From the NCBI GenBank assembly GCA_016432625.1, contig CP066697.1:17415-81414 (forward strand): DNA of 64,000 nucleotides. Reading direction: 5' to 3'. Under the pieces are notes generated by a model. It did not search any database and was not told where the DNA came from. It saw only the letters and a list, made by a program, of their open reading frames with translations. A program made the translations under genes and the position numbers. The stretch is from Candidatus Berkelbacteria bacterium. GTDB taxonomy: Bacteria > Patescibacteriota > UBA1384 > 2-12-FULL-50-11. Shown here piece after piece: positions 9,674 through 20,008 of this stretch (its first letter is position 1; each line of letters begins with the position of its first letter).

Positions 9674-11650
9674 TTGAATCAAGTTAACCCAGGCCCTGAG
9701 CCTACTAAAGAACCGGCTAAACAAGACGGCGTTGTCGACATATCGGACGCCGGTAGTGTTCTGCAGCCCAATTTTCAAGCGCGTTCTAAGCAACGCCCTG
9801 GACAGCACCCACCTCGGCAGCAAAAGCGACGTCATCGCGGCCACGGTAGCCCGGCCGGAGCTGTTGCTAACACCCAGAAACCGAATCGCCCCGAGCGGCG
9901 CGACCGTCGTAACTATCGACACGCTTCACCTGCTAAGGCCAAAGTTCAGCCCTTAAAGGGCACGATCGTTAGCCGTGGTCACGGACAAAAGCTACGAATT
10001 ATTCCGCTTGGTGGAAGTGGCGAAACTGGCGACAAAAACATGCTCGTTTTTGAATACGATCGCGATATCCTGGTTGTGGACGCCGGAGTTAAATTTCCGA
10101 CCCCGGACATGCCAGGCATCGACTACGTCGTCTGCGATACGACCTACCTAGAAGAAAATCGCGACCGAATTCGAGCTTTCTTAATTACGCACGGCCACGA
10201 AGACCATATCGGTGGCATGCCGTATATCTGGCCAAAATTCCCTGTACCTATATATACGGCGCCGCTAACGGCTGGGTTCATCAAGGCAAAATTCGAGGAA
10301 CATGGTATTACAAATGCCGAATTTCGTATTATTAAGTCAGGCGAAAAAATTCAGATCGGTGCCTTTAGTATCGAACCAGTGCAGATGACGCACTCGATCC
10401 CGGACATTCTCGGCCTAGCGATCACTTCACCAGCCGGCCTGGTATTTCACGCTACCGACTGGAAAGTCGACTTTACCCCAGCTTTTGGCAAGCCGACCGA
10501 CTTCGATAAGTTGGCCGAACTCTCCCGGCGCGGCGTGCTTTGCATGCTCACGGACTCAACCGGAGTCTTGGTACCGGGACATACCTTAAGCGAACAGGTA
10601 GTAAGTAAATCCCTCGAAGACATCTTCGTTGAAGCTAAGGGGCGACTTATCGTCTCTAGCTTCTCGTCTCGGATCGACCGCCTCCAACACGTCGCCTCGG
10701 CTTGCGCCAAGGTTGGCCGCCGTCTCTTTTTGGCCGGGCGCAGCATGGAGCGTAACGCCAACATCGCTATTGATCTCGGTTACCTAAAGGTCCCGCAAGG
10801 TGTTCTAGGCGATATCCGGACCGTTAACAGCTTGCCTGACAGTAAGATCGTCGTGATGTGTACCGGCTCGCAGGGCGAGGAAGGCTCAGCGCTAACTCGT
10901 ATGTCCACCGGCGAGCACCGTCACATCCGAATCAAGCAAGGCGACACAGTTGTCTTGTCGTCCTCGACCGTGCCTGGTAACGAACGGGCCGTCGAGCAGA
11001 GTATTAATAACCTATATCGCTGTGGAGCCGAGGTAGTGACTAAATCCGAGCTTGATATTCACTCTAGCGGCCACGGCAGCCGAGAGGAGATCAAGCATAT
11101 CCTCAATATCGTCAAACCGAAGTACTTAATCCCGATTCACGGCGACTACCGCCGTTTCGTCGAAATGCGCAAACTAGCCGTTACTTTAGACATCAAAGAG
11201 GAGAATGTCCTCATTATTGAAAACGGCCAAATTGCTGAGTTTGACTTGCAAGGCAAGGGCACTATTAGTGACGAAAAAGTTCAAGTCGGTTCAGTTCTGA
11301 TTGACGGCCTGGGCGTTGGCGATGTTGGCGAGATCGTCTTGCGCGACCGCCAGACCATGGCCGCCGACGGCGTCTTTCTGATCATCCTAACGGTAGACGG
11401 CCGAAAGGGCACTCTGTTGACCAGCCCTGATATTATCTCGCGCGGCTTTGTCTATATGAAGGAGTCGGAAGACCTTATTAGCGAAACCCGAGCCGCCGTT
11501 AAGCGTTCGCACGCCGCCCATATCTCTAGAACCAAAGCGCAAACCAACTGGGAGCTATTCAAAAAAGAGCTCCGCGATGATATTGGACAATTTCTCTTCG
11601 ACAAAACCCAAAGACGCCCGATGGTAATTCCGGTAGTTATTCAAGTGTAA
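9674..11650 (+). CDS. rnj: Ribonuclease J with ~105-aa basic disordered N-terminal extension
   Basis: Metallo-beta-lactamase 'HGHEDHIGG', beta-CASP and RNA-metabolising MBL C-terminal region; TTG start with an AAAGGAAG RBS. Confidence 0.85.
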   Translation: MNQVNPGPEPTKEPAKQDGVVDISDAGSVLQPNFQARSKQRPGQHPPRQQKRRHRGHGSPAGAVANTQKPNRPERRDRRNYRHASPAKAKVQPLKGTIVSRGHGQKLRIIPLGGSGETGDKNMLVFEYDRDILVVDAGVKFPTPDMPGIDYVVCDTTYLEENRDRIRAFLITHGHEDHIGGMPYIWPKFPVPIYTAPLTAGFIKAKFEEHGITNAEFRIIKSGEKIQIGAFSIEPVQMTHSIPDILGLAITSPAGLVFHATDWKVDFTPAFGKPTDFDKLAELSRRGVLCMLTDSTGVLVPGHTLSEQVVSKSLEDIFVEAKGRLIVSSFSSRIDRLQHVASACAKVGRRLFLAGRSMERNANIAIDLGYLKVPQGVLGDIRTVNSLPDSKIVVMCTGSQGEEGSALTRMSTGEHRHIRIKQGDTVVLSSSTVPGNERAVEQSINNLYRCGAEVVTKSELDIHSSGHGSREEIKHILNIVKPKYLIPIHGDYRRFVEMRKLAVTLDIKEENVLIIENGQIAEFDLQGKGTISDEKVQVGSVLIDGLGVGDVGEIVLRDRQTMAADGVFLIILTVDGRKGTLLTSPDIISRGFVYMKESEDLISETRAAVKRSHAAHISRTKAQTNWELFKKELRDDIGQFLFDKTQRRPMVIPVVIQV

Positions 11651-11697
11651 AGCCGTACCCCGAACGCTTTAAGCGCTCGGGGTAGTTGGCTAGGGTC

Positions 11698-11946
11698 TCA
11701 AAGCTCGCGGATTTCTCGACGGTCCAGTTCGGTTGCCCGACCTGACTTTGGGTCGAAATTGCCAAACATTGAGCCTTGAAGCCCGGATCGGGGAACATCT
11801 ACGACGCAGATCCCGTGGGCAGCGCCGTAGCCGGCAATAAGGTTGCCGATCGCCTGCTCCTTGGAAGCTCCCGAGTAGGAAGTTCCGTCGTCAAACCACG
11901 CTGACCAATTGCAGGCACCAATCTCGGCGACATTGATCTCAACCAT
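11698..11946 (-). CDS. Small hypothetical protein, possibly HicB-like (UPF0150/DUF1902 fold)
   Basis: 82 aa; the 'W.AWFDDG....GAS.EQAIGNL' pattern loosely resembles HicB N-domains; no adjacent HicA. Confidence 0.3.
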   Translation of the reverse strand: MVEINVAEIGACNWSAWFDDGTSYSGASKEQAIGNLIAGYGAAHGICVVDVPRSGLQGSMFGNFDPKSGRATELDRREIREL

Positions 11947-12055
11947 TAGTCTTCTCCTCGCCTTGATTAGGCTCTAAGGCTGCGGCAATTTTACGGTTTA
12001 CGGAGTACGAGAGCAATACCCTAGCAAATTAGTAACAGGTTGGTAGAGTAAAGGC

Positions 12056-14110
12056 ATGGGACTTTTTGGGAGGCGACGACGCTACTCGTCCCGGCGCCGT
12101 AAGCGGTTGCCGACAATTTGGGACAATTTAGTCTGGGCTGTCGACCCTGATACAGCGCGAGAGATCACCGCAATCATCCTAGTGGTCTTTGGCTTCCTTT
12201 TTGCTCTAGGCCTGTTTGGTCTGGCCGGTGGCTTTGGCGACGCACTGTTTCGCTTGGCGAAAACTCTCTTCGGCGTCCTCGCTTACGTCGTGCCGTTCGC
12301 CTTCTTATATCTAGGGGTTAGGCTACTCTTCTTAAAGAGCGATGTATTACGAGCCACGAGCGTTATCGGCATTGTCCTACTTTTTATGCTGGTTCCGGCG
12401 ATGTTTGGCGCCTCGGGGGGCTCTGTCGGCTCCGGAGCGTTCGGAGTTTTCAGCTCGATCTTTGGTACCGTTGGCGGCTACTTCGCCTTAGTTGCCGCTG
12501 TAATTGTGGCGACGCTGCTCGCGCTGAACTCGAGTCTACGTTCCCTCTGGGAGCGCCTGAATTTGCCAATTAAAGCTGGTCAGGGCAAGGGGGTGAAGAT
12601 CAACGAGAATGCTCGGATACCTGTTAGAAGTATGGCGCCAGAGCGGTTACGACAAGGGGTTCCGTTGATGGGACCGACCGGCAACTGGGAGTTTCCGTCT
12701 TTAGATTTGCTCGACTACTCCGCTAGCACCAAGGCGGAGGCCGGCGATATCGGTAAGAACGTTGAGATGATCAAGAAAACGCTCAAGGATTTTGGCGTCG
12801 AAGTGGCGATGAACGAAGTTAACGTTGGTCCAGCGCTGACGCAGTACACTTTGAAGCCGTCCGAAGGGGTTAAGTTAAACACGATCACCGCTCGCAGCAA
12901 CGATATTGCGCTCGCCATTGCGGCTCATCCGATCCGAATCGAAGCGCCAATTCCGGGCAAGTCCTTGGTTGGTATCGAAGTTCCTAATAAAGTCGCCGCT
13001 ACGGTCAGCTTGCGTGAGGTTTTGGAGGCTCCCGACTATAAATCCGCCGATTCAAACCTGTCCCTAGGCCTGGGCCGCGATGTGGCCGGTAATGTCGCTG
13101 TGGCAGACATCAAAAAAATGCCACATCTTTTGATCGCCGGAGCGACAGGCAGCGGTAAATCGGTCTGTATGAACGCGCTATTAATCAACCTCCTCTACAA
13201 GAACTCGCCTCAAGATTTACGCCTACTCTTAATTGACCCTAAGCGAGTTGAGTTTACTGAATATAACGGCATCCCTCACCTGCTAACGCCAGTTATCACT
13301 GAGACTGACAAAATAATTTCCGCCTTGCGTTGGACCGTTGCGGAAATGGAACGACGCTACCAATTACTCAGCGCCTACAATAGACGCAATATTGACGCCT
13401 TCAACGAATCGGTGCCTCAAGGGGAGATACGCTTGCCCTACATCGTAATCGTCGTTGACGAGCTAGCCGATCTTATGACTCAAGCCGCCAACGAGGTCGA
13501 ATCCTCAATCGTTCGAATTGCCCAAATGGCCCGAGCGGTTGGAATGCACCTCGTCGTAGCGACTCAACGGCCTTCAGTTGATGTCATTACCGGCCTAATC
13601 AAGGCTAATATCCCTGCTCGCGTCGCTTTCGCCGTTGCCTCGCAGCCCGACTCCAGGACTATTCTTGACCAGGTAGGGGCAGAAAAACTACTCGGTCGCG
13701 GCGACATGCTTTATCTAGCGAGTGACCAGCCGCAACCCAAGCGTATTCAGGGGGTAATGCTTAAGGACTCAGAGATTCACACTGTTACCGAGTTCCTCAA
13801 AACTCAAGTTCCGCCAAGCTACGACGAGACTATCACCTCTTACCGCTCGAGTCTGAAACCTGGTCTGGCCGGCGGTGCCCACGACGCCAGCGAGGACGAC
13901 CTACTGCCGGAAGCCCGCGATTTGGTGATTGCCGCGGGGAAGGCATCGGCATCGCTCCTGCAGCGCCGACTGAAAGTTGGTTACGCCAGAGCGGCCCGCC
14001 TGCTTGATTTACTGGAAGCCGAGGGTTCGATCGGTCCAGCTGATGGCGCCAAGCCGCGCGATGTCCTTGTCGACTCCGGCGAGGATTTTGATCAAGGGAT
14101 AAACGGCTAG
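12056..14110 (+). CDS. ftsK: DNA translocase FtsK/SpoIIIE
   Basis: N-terminal TM segments, Walker A 'GATGSGKS', Walker B 'IVVDELADLM', C-terminal gamma wHTH. Confidence 0.85.
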   Translation: MGLFGRRRRYSSRRRKRLPTIWDNLVWAVDPDTAREITAIILVVFGFLFALGLFGLAGGFGDALFRLAKTLFGVLAYVVPFAFLYLGVRLLFLKSDVLRATSVIGIVLLFMLVPAMFGASGGSVGSGAFGVFSSIFGTVGGYFALVAAVIVATLLALNSSLRSLWERLNLPIKAGQGKGVKINENARIPVRSMAPERLRQGVPLMGPTGNWEFPSLDLLDYSASTKAEAGDIGKNVEMIKKTLKDFGVEVAMNEVNVGPALTQYTLKPSEGVKLNTITARSNDIALAIAAHPIRIEAPIPGKSLVGIEVPNKVAATVSLREVLEAPDYKSADSNLSLGLGRDVAGNVAVADIKKMPHLLIAGATGSGKSVCMNALLINLLYKNSPQDLRLLLIDPKRVEFTEYNGIPHLLTPVITETDKIISALRWTVAEMERRYQLLSAYNRRNIDAFNESVPQGEIRLPYIVIVVDELADLMTQAANEVESSIVRIAQMARAVGMHLVVATQRPSVDVITGLIKANIPARVAFAVASQPDSRTILDQVGAEKLLGRGDMLYLASDQPQPKRIQGVMLKDSEIHTVTEFLKTQVPPSYDETITSYRSSLKPGLAGGAHDASEDDLLPEARDLVIAAGKASASLLQRRLKVGYARAARLLDLLEAEGSIGPADGAKPRDVLVDSGEDFDQGING

Positions 14111-14111
14111 C

Positions 14112-14324
14112 CTAAGGCAGCAACGGATACTGAAACTGTGACGGGGCGTCCTGCACTTCTGTCGCGGGAGTTTTATTGAAGTTGAATACGGGCTCACCAG
14201 CTTGCAGATTCTTGAAGATTGACGACATACCGAAAGCAAATGCGGCGATGAGTAGGATGACGAAGACGAAAGTGACCCAAAAAGAATTAGACATTCTTAG
14301 CATAATCATACCCGCCGGCGCCAA
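14112..14324 (-). CDS. Small hypothetical membrane protein
   Basis: 70-aa ORF with one strongly hydrophobic helix filling the ftsK-rodZ gap; no homology recognised. Confidence 0.2.
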   Translation of the reverse strand: MAPAGMIMLRMSNSFWVTFVFVILLIAAFAFGMSSIFKNLQAGEPVFNFNKTPATEVQDAPSQFQYPLLP

Positions 14325-14359
14325 AGATCCTAGAGGGAGCGACTTGTTGTAGTTCGTGC

Positions 14360-15121
14360 GTGCCGACCGGCTGGTTTGACCGCGTTTGGCGGGTGCGCTA
14401 CTCTAAAAGTTACATGACCGGTTTTGTCACGAAAAAAATCCATGTCAGCAAGAGTCGCTCACTTGGTTCGCTGCTTAAAGCTGCTCGGACAAAAGCCAGC
14501 GTTACTCTTGAAGAGGCTGAGGCTCAAACCCGCATTCGCCTGAAGTATTTAGAGGCCTTAGAGAACGGTAACTATTCGTCGCTGCCGGCCGAAGCCTATA
14601 ACGTCGGTTTCGTGCGCTGCTACGCCGAGTTTCTCCATCTCAACCCGGAAAAAATTATTCGCCTCTACCGCGAAGAGCGTTCCCAGAAGCGTTTGCTTCC
14701 GGAGCGAGCAGTCAACTTCGCCCCGGCCAAAGTCAGTGACTGGCGATTCCTTATTACGCCGCGAGCAATCGGTATTATAAGCGCCGTGCTGCTTTTTGGT
14801 GGCATCCTCGGCTATATCGTCGTCCAACTCAAGCAGTTCACCCGTCCGCCAGAGATTAGCCTGTCGGGCGTTAGTGAAGAATTTACTACTGGCAAAGATA
14901 CCGTTAGCCTCAACGGCAGCACTACGGAAGGCTCCGTTGTCCTGATGAACAACCAACCCGTTCTTGTTAGTCCCAGCGGCCAGTTCTCTCAAGAAGTCCA
15001 GCTCTCCCCAGGTGTCAACCAGGTAGTAATTTCAGCGAAAAACCGAGCCGGTAACGAGCGCCAAAAGGTAGTTAAAGTCTTATATAACCCAAACCTTGCG
15101 TTAAATCCGCCTAACTTGTAA
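14360..15121 (+). CDS. RodZ-like HTH (XRE) cytoskeleton protein with TM and C-terminal domain
   Basis: 'LKAARTKASVTLEEAEAQTRIRLKYLEALENGNYSSLPAEAYNVGFVRCYAEFL' HTH_25-like region followed by a TM helix; the true start may be Met 14414. Confidence 0.55.
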   Translation: MPTGWFDRVWRVRYSKSYMTGFVTKKIHVSKSRSLGSLLKAARTKASVTLEEAEAQTRIRLKYLEALENGNYSSLPAEAYNVGFVRCYAEFLHLNPEKIIRLYREERSQKRLLPERAVNFAPAKVSDWRFLITPRAIGIISAVLLFGGILGYIVVQLKQFTRPPEISLSGVSEEFTTGKDTVSLNGSTTEGSVVLMNNQPVLVSPSGQFSQEVQLSPGVNQVVISAKNRAGNERQKVVKVLYNPNLALNPPNL

Positions 15122-15130
15122 AACGGGTTT

Positions 15131-16186
15131 ATGGCCAAGCAAGAAGACAAACCCAAAGCTAGCGCTCCGTCCGGCCGAGACACGGCGCTACGCGCCGCGA
15201 TTTCCCAGATAGAAAAGCAGTTTGGTGCCGGTTCGATTATGACTATGGGCGAGAATACTCATCTGAACGTTGAGGCGATTTCAACCGGATCATTATCGCT
15301 CGATGTCGCGCTTGGCGTTGGTGGGCTGCCGAGGGGACGAATTATTGAGATCTTCGGGCCAGAATCTTCCGGCAAAACCTCACTTGCTTTGTCGGCTATT
15401 GCCGCAACCCAGAAAAACGGGGGCTTGGGAGCTCTGGTTGACGCCGAGCACGCCTTTGACCCGAGTTACGCGACTAAACTAGGCGTCGATCTTGACTCGC
15501 TACTAATCTCTCAGCCCGACACCGGCGAACAAGCTCTGGAGATAGTAGAAACTTTAGTCCGTTCCAATGCCGTTGACGTTATCGTCGTCGACTCTGTCGC
15601 GGCTCTTGTGCCGAGAGCGGAGATCGAAGGCGAGATGGGCGACGCAATGATGGGTGTTCAGGCCAGGCTAATGAGCCAAGCGCTACGTAAGTTAACTGGC
15701 GCCGTCTCTAAATCCAAGACCGTTCTCATTTTCATTAATCAAATCCGGATGAAGATCGGTGTTATGTTCGGTAATCCCGAGACTACTCCTGGCGGTAACG
15801 CTCTCAAGTTCTATTGCTCAGTACGTCTCGACATCCGACGAGCCGAACAAATCAAGGAAGGCGAGACCGCCATTGGCAACCGTTGTCGGGTTAAAGTCGT
15901 CAAAAATAAGGTCGCTCCGCCGTTCAGAACGGCCGAGTTTGACTTAATGTTTGATTCGGGTATATCTAGGGAAGGCGACCTGCTCGAACTCGGAGTCAAG
16001 GCAGGTTTGATCGAAAAATCCGGCGCCTGGTTTCAGTATGGAGAAGAAAGGCTTGGGCAGGGACGGGAGGCTGCCAAAGCTTTTCTTAAAGGTGACCAAA
16101 AGCTTGCCGCGACCATTGAGACCAAGGTTCGTGAGCTGGCCAAAGAGGGCAAGATCGGCGCCATCCCGCAGCCTGAAGAAGTCTAA
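15131..16186 (+). CDS. recA: Recombinase RecA
   Basis: Walker A 'GPESSGKT', L1/L2 loops, a highly canonical sequence. Confidence 0.95.
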   Translation: MAKQEDKPKASAPSGRDTALRAAISQIEKQFGAGSIMTMGENTHLNVEAISTGSLSLDVALGVGGLPRGRIIEIFGPESSGKTSLALSAIAATQKNGGLGALVDAEHAFDPSYATKLGVDLDSLLISQPDTGEQALEIVETLVRSNAVDVIVVDSVAALVPRAEIEGEMGDAMMGVQARLMSQALRKLTGAVSKSKTVLIFINQIRMKIGVMFGNPETTPGGNALKFYCSVRLDIRRAEQIKEGETAIGNRCRVKVVKNKVAPPFRTAEFDLMFDSGISREGDLLELGVKAGLIEKSGAWFQYGEERLGQGREAAKAFLKGDQKLAATIETKVRELAKEGKIGAIPQPEEV

Positions 16187-16194
16187 ACCTAGCG

Positions 16195-16656
16195 ATGCCC
16201 AAACAGTCGGCATTGGAGCGGGCTCTGCGCCTGCTGAATTATCGTTCGCGCGGCAAAAAAGAGCTCGAGAAATCTTTATTGGACCGCCAATACGAGCCGG
16301 ATGACATTAATAATGCCTTGGCACAGCTTGAGGCAATCGGCCTAGTTAACGACGAACGGTTTGCTCAGTCGCTCGCCGAGACGCGGATTCTCGTCAGCCG
16401 CCGTGGCCGACACGCCATATTTTTCGAATTAATAAAAAAAGGGATCGATAAAGATCTCATTGAGTCTGTGTTGAATTCCCTAGACGAAGGGGCAGAGCTA
16501 GAAGCGGCTAAGTCGTTAGCGGAGAGCAGGTTGAAACGTTGGGGCGATCTTGAGCCGCTTAAACGCAAAATGCGCCTGCTCTCATTACTTCAACGTCGGG
16601 GGTTCGGCGCCAAAATTATCCGTCGGGTATTTGACGAACTGGGGGAGCGACTCTAG
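16195..16656 (+). CDS. recX: RecA regulator RecX
   Basis: Directly downstream of recA; three-helix-repeat 'LLNYRSRGKKELEKSL' pattern. Confidence 0.75.
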   Translation: MPKQSALERALRLLNYRSRGKKELEKSLLDRQYEPDDINNALAQLEAIGLVNDERFAQSLAETRILVSRRGRHAIFFELIKKGIDKDLIESVLNSLDEGAELEAAKSLAESRLKRWGDLEPLKRKMRLLSLLQRRGFGAKIIRRVFDELGERL

Positions 16657-16673
16657 AGCCCTCCCCCGGATTC

Positions 16674-17024
16674 CTAGCACCTGATTCCCCCAGGCTCTGT
16701 TCGAAGAACGTAAACGCTCTTGGTCGGCACATAGCCCAGTATCTGCTGCAGAAGCTGGTGGCCCACCCTCTCAGCCTTCGTAGCAACTTTATCCGGGATT
16801 TGATGGGCCGCGTACTCCTGACAGTCAAGCCCCGAAATCCCGAAACGGCAGTTGAAGAGGTCGACCGTGATCGTACACTCTTTCAGCCTGCCCTCAACCA
16901 GAACGACACCCGAGTAATCGAATGGTCCTGGGATGGGCATGAATTCTTGGCGGTAGAACTCGTGAATCTCCTCCATGAGACCACTGTTTTCCACCGACAT
17001 TCTTCCTGGATAGATCATCAGCAT
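16674..17024 (-). CDS. Hypothetical protein (one of two mutually exclusive opposite-strand ORFs upstream of ppsA)
   Basis: 116-aa ORF convergent with recX; the alternative is the 111-aa + strand ORF 16758..17093; neither has a recognisable domain. Confidence 0.25.
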   Translation of the reverse strand: MLMIYPGRMSVENSGLMEEIHEFYRQEFMPIPGPFDYSGVVLVEGRLKECTITVDLFNCRFGISGLDCQEYAAHQIPDKVATKAERVGHQLLQQILGYVPTKSVYVLRTEPGGIRC

Positions 17025-17116
17025 GATGTGAGGTACCTCACATCGAAAAAACCACTAAACCACTCCCATTTCAAGTCGTGTCGGCTTTACTAATAGCTGG
17101 TACAGTGGAGAAGAAT

Positions 17117-19447
17117 ATGGCTGCAAAAACAAAACAGGTTGTCTGGTTCAGCGAAGTTGGCAAGGAAGATATCCCGCTCGTTGGCGGTAAAGGTGCGAAT
17201 CTTGGAGAGATGTCTAAAGCCGGCCTACCGGTGCCGCAAGGCTTCATCGTTACCGCCCAAGCGTATTTCCGTTTTATAAAAGAGAAAAAGATTGATGCCT
17301 ATATCGAGAAGTGGACGAAAGGTTTAGATCCCGAAGACTCCAAAAAACTCAACAAGATTGCCTTGGAACTGCAGAAGGCGATGAAGGAATTTCAGCTGCC
17401 TGCCGACTTAGTAAAAGAGATCGAGCGGGCCTACGACGAGATGAAGGGCGGCCCCGTCGCGGTCCGTTCCAGCGCCACAGCTGAAGATTTGCCCGACGCC
17501 TCATTTGCTGGCCAGCAAGCAACTTTTCTAAATATTGAAGGCAAACAGGCACTCATTAAAGCTATTCGTGAGTGTTGGGCGTCGCTTTTCGAAGCGCGAG
17601 CCATTTATTATCGTACGGTTAATAAATTCGATCACCTCAAAGTGGGCATCGCGGTACCGGTTCAAAAGATGGTTCAAAGCGAAGTCTCCGGCATCATGTT
17701 TACTGTCGATCCGGTAACAGAAGATAAAGAGAAAGTCACGATTGACGCCGGACTGGGCTTGGGGGAGGCGATCGTCTCAGGATCAGTAACGCCCGACCAC
17801 TACGTTGTTAATAAAAAGGACTTCAAAGTCGTTTCCAAGGAAATCGGCGCGCAAGAGTGGCAGATTGTGCGCGATAAAGATGGCAGTAATAAACACATCA
17901 ACCTCACTAAAGAACAGGAAGAAGGTCAGAAACTGACTGACGAGCAGATTGTCGCACTAGCCAAGATCGGCATGCAAGTCGAAGCTCACTACGGGAAGCC
18001 CCAGGACATGGAGTGGGCGTACGAAAATGGCTCGTTCTTTATGGTTCAAGCTCGTCCGGTCACCACGCTCGGCGAGCCAAAAAAAAACGAAACAGCGCCC
18101 TCTCTATCACCTAAAACGGCGGGGGAGGAAGTCGACTTAAGTAAGGCGGAGCTCTTGCTCACAGGGGCCGCTGCCTCGGTTGGCTTAAAAAGCGGCCCGG
18201 TTAAAGTTATTCACAAACCAACCGAAATTGACCAAGTGTTAGCGGGCGACGTTCTAGTGACCGAGATGACAAGCCCCGATTATGTCCCGGCGATGCGCCG
18301 CGCCGCGGCCATTGTGACCGATACCGGCGGGCGGACCAGTCACGCCGCGATCGTCTCGCGCGAACTCGGTATCCCCTGCGTTGTTGGTACCGGTACAGCG
18401 ACGGCCACTTTGAAAACCGGCCAGGTCGTCACCGTTGATGGCGCCCAGGGCAAAGTTTATAAGGGCAAAGTCGCAGGTAGCGACGTCCCTGCGCCAACTT
18501 CGCAGCCGCGTCTTGTCGGCGCCCAAGCGCTCACCACTGTCCCGGTCACAGCGACGAAAGTTTACTTAAATCTAGCCGAACCGACCAAAGCTGAGGAATA
18601 CGCTCAGCTACCGGTTGACGGCGTCGGCTTACTGCGCGCCGAATTTATTATTGCCGGAATTGGCGAACATCCTAACGCCATGATGGCAGATGGTCGTAGT
18701 AACGATTACGTCCATAAGCTCGCCGAAGGCATCGGTATTATCGCCCAAGCGTTCAATCCTCGCCCTGTCGTCTACCGATTCACAGATTTCAAAACTAACG
18801 AGTACAAGTCCTTAAAAGGCGGCGAGAAGTACGAACAGCCGGAAAATAACCCGATGATCGGTTACCGCGGCGCGTCACGTTATATCGCCGAACCAGAAGC
18901 GTTCGCGCTCGAGATAGAGGCCATTAAAGCCGTCCGCGACGGAATGGATCTTAAAAACTTGCACGTCATGATTCCTTTTGTGCGCACGGTTGACGAGTTC
19001 CGTCGGGTGCGCGATCTGATGCACCAAAATAACCTACGCCAGGAAAAAGATTTCAAGCTCTGGATTATGGTCGAAGTGCCATCGACGGTTATCGAGCTTG
19101 AGGAGTATATAAATGAAGGCATCGACGGCGTTTCGATCGGCAGTAACGACCTGACGCAGTTGACGCTCGGGATTGACCGAGACTCGGCCAAACTTGCTGC
19201 TGAATTCGACGAGCGGTACCCGGCCGTTTTGAATTCTATCCTGCACGTTGTCCGAACTTGTCGTAAGCATCACGTCACTTGCTCGATCTGCGGCCAAGCG
19301 CCGTCGGTTTACCCGGAAATCACCGAAGCCATGGTCAAAGCCGGCACTACTTCCGTTTCTGTTGCTCCTGACGTCGCCGTTTCAACCCGCAAACTAATCG
19401 CTTCGGTTGAAAAGAAAATATTGCTCGCTAGCGCGATTGGCTCATGA
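17117..19447 (+). CDS. ppsA: Phosphoenolpyruvate synthase (pyruvate, water dikinase)
   Basis: N-terminal PPDK_N 'VGGKGANLGEMSKAGLPVPQGF', mobile phospho-His domain 'GGRTSHAAIVSRELGIPCVVG', C-terminal PEP-utilising TIM barrel. The ATG at 17117 has a GGAG RBS; the ORF track extends to the GTG at 17078. Confidence 0.85.
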   Translation: MAAKTKQVVWFSEVGKEDIPLVGGKGANLGEMSKAGLPVPQGFIVTAQAYFRFIKEKKIDAYIEKWTKGLDPEDSKKLNKIALELQKAMKEFQLPADLVKEIERAYDEMKGGPVAVRSSATAEDLPDASFAGQQATFLNIEGKQALIKAIRECWASLFEARAIYYRTVNKFDHLKVGIAVPVQKMVQSEVSGIMFTVDPVTEDKEKVTIDAGLGLGEAIVSGSVTPDHYVVNKKDFKVVSKEIGAQEWQIVRDKDGSNKHINLTKEQEEGQKLTDEQIVALAKIGMQVEAHYGKPQDMEWAYENGSFFMVQARPVTTLGEPKKNETAPSLSPKTAGEEVDLSKAELLLTGAAASVGLKSGPVKVIHKPTEIDQVLAGDVLVTEMTSPDYVPAMRRAAAIVTDTGGRTSHAAIVSRELGIPCVVGTGTATATLKTGQVVTVDGAQGKVYKGKVAGSDVPAPTSQPRLVGAQALTTVPVTATKVYLNLAEPTKAEEYAQLPVDGVGLLRAEFIIAGIGEHPNAMMADGRSNDYVHKLAEGIGIIAQAFNPRPVVYRFTDFKTNEYKSLKGGEKYEQPENNPMIGYRGASRYIAEPEAFALEIEAIKAVRDGMDLKNLHVMIPFVRTVDEFRRVRDLMHQNNLRQEKDFKLWIMVEVPSTVIELEEYINEGIDGVSIGSNDLTQLTLGIDRDSAKLAAEFDERYPAVLNSILHVVRTCRKHHVTCSICGQAPSVYPEITEAMVKAGTTSVSVAPDVAVSTRKLIASVEKKILLASAIGS

Positions 19448-19641
19448 AGGTAGCTGGCAGTCTCTTAGTTATTATTGGCATTTTTGGTTACCTATTTTCC
19501 ATGGTTGGGTGTGGTATGAGTACCGGAGGCTGTGGTCCTTGGTACTCCTTACTTCCGGCTATACTAATTGGTTTGGGTGTTATAGCCTTTATTCTTCCGG
19601 TGGGAAAACGCACAAAAATCAACGACCCCGAGAGTAAATAG
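19444..19641 (+). CDS. Small membrane protein (2 TM)
   Basis: 65-aa hydrophobic ORF whose ATG overlaps the ppsA stop (ATGA), suggesting translational coupling. Confidence 0.3.
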   Translation: MKVAGSLLVIIGIFGYLFSMVGCGMSTGGCGPWYSLLPAILIGLGVIAFILPVGKRTKINDPESK

Positions 19642-20008
19642 TCTGGATTTTGGGTGGCATTTTGCCGTTATCGGTCACGACTCGCCAGTAGGGGGTAATA
19701 TCTTTTTCACCTAATGCCCGTTGCTCCTCGGCATACTCGGCAATAATCCGCAGGAAAATACCGCTAGTCAGTGGGCAAGTAATGTCAGCACCGTGAGTGC
19801 GGGCGTACGCGTCTCGAATGTCCTTGATGTTGCGGGTTTTACCTTCCGGTATTTGGCGGATCATTTTTTCGAGCTCCCAGGCTGAGGGGATGACCATTTT
19901 CATCCCTAGCTTGCCGCCAACCCATTGCGGCGGCGCTTCATCAATATGTGGGTTTTTAGGCGCGCTCGCCCGGTCGAGCTTCTCCTTCCAACTCACCCTA
20001 GTTTTCAT
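19619..20008 (-). CDS. MGMT-fold DNA-binding protein lacking the acceptor cysteine (alkyltransferase-like candidate)
   Basis: 'IRQIPEGKTRNIKDIRDAYA' resembles the MGMT HTH; 'PYWRVV' sits where PCHRVV/PWHRVV is expected, with Tyr in place of Cys; a ~20-aa insertion relative to canonical MGMT. Confidence 0.35.
   Translation of the reverse strand: MKTRVSWKEKLDRASAPKNPHIDEAPPQWVGGKLGMKMVIPSAWELEKMIRQIPEGKTRNIKDIRDAYARTHGADITCPLTSGIFLRIIAEYAEEQRALGEKDITPYWRVVTDNGKMPPKIQTIYSRGR

Noticed and set aside
9611-9956. ORFs 9611..9922 (-) and 9732..9956 (+) overlapping the RNase J 5' region
   Set aside because: They overlap the RNase J N-terminal extension in other frames; no RBS or domain. The extension itself is consistent with the tail trend seen in S15 and S20
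16758-17093. 111-aa + strand ORF upstream of ppsA, as an alternative to 16674..17024 (-)
   Set aside because: Not rejected outright: the two opposite-strand ORFs are mutually exclusive and neither has a recognisable domain or RBS. The minus-strand ORF is listed at low confidence, and codon-usage scoring is needed to decide
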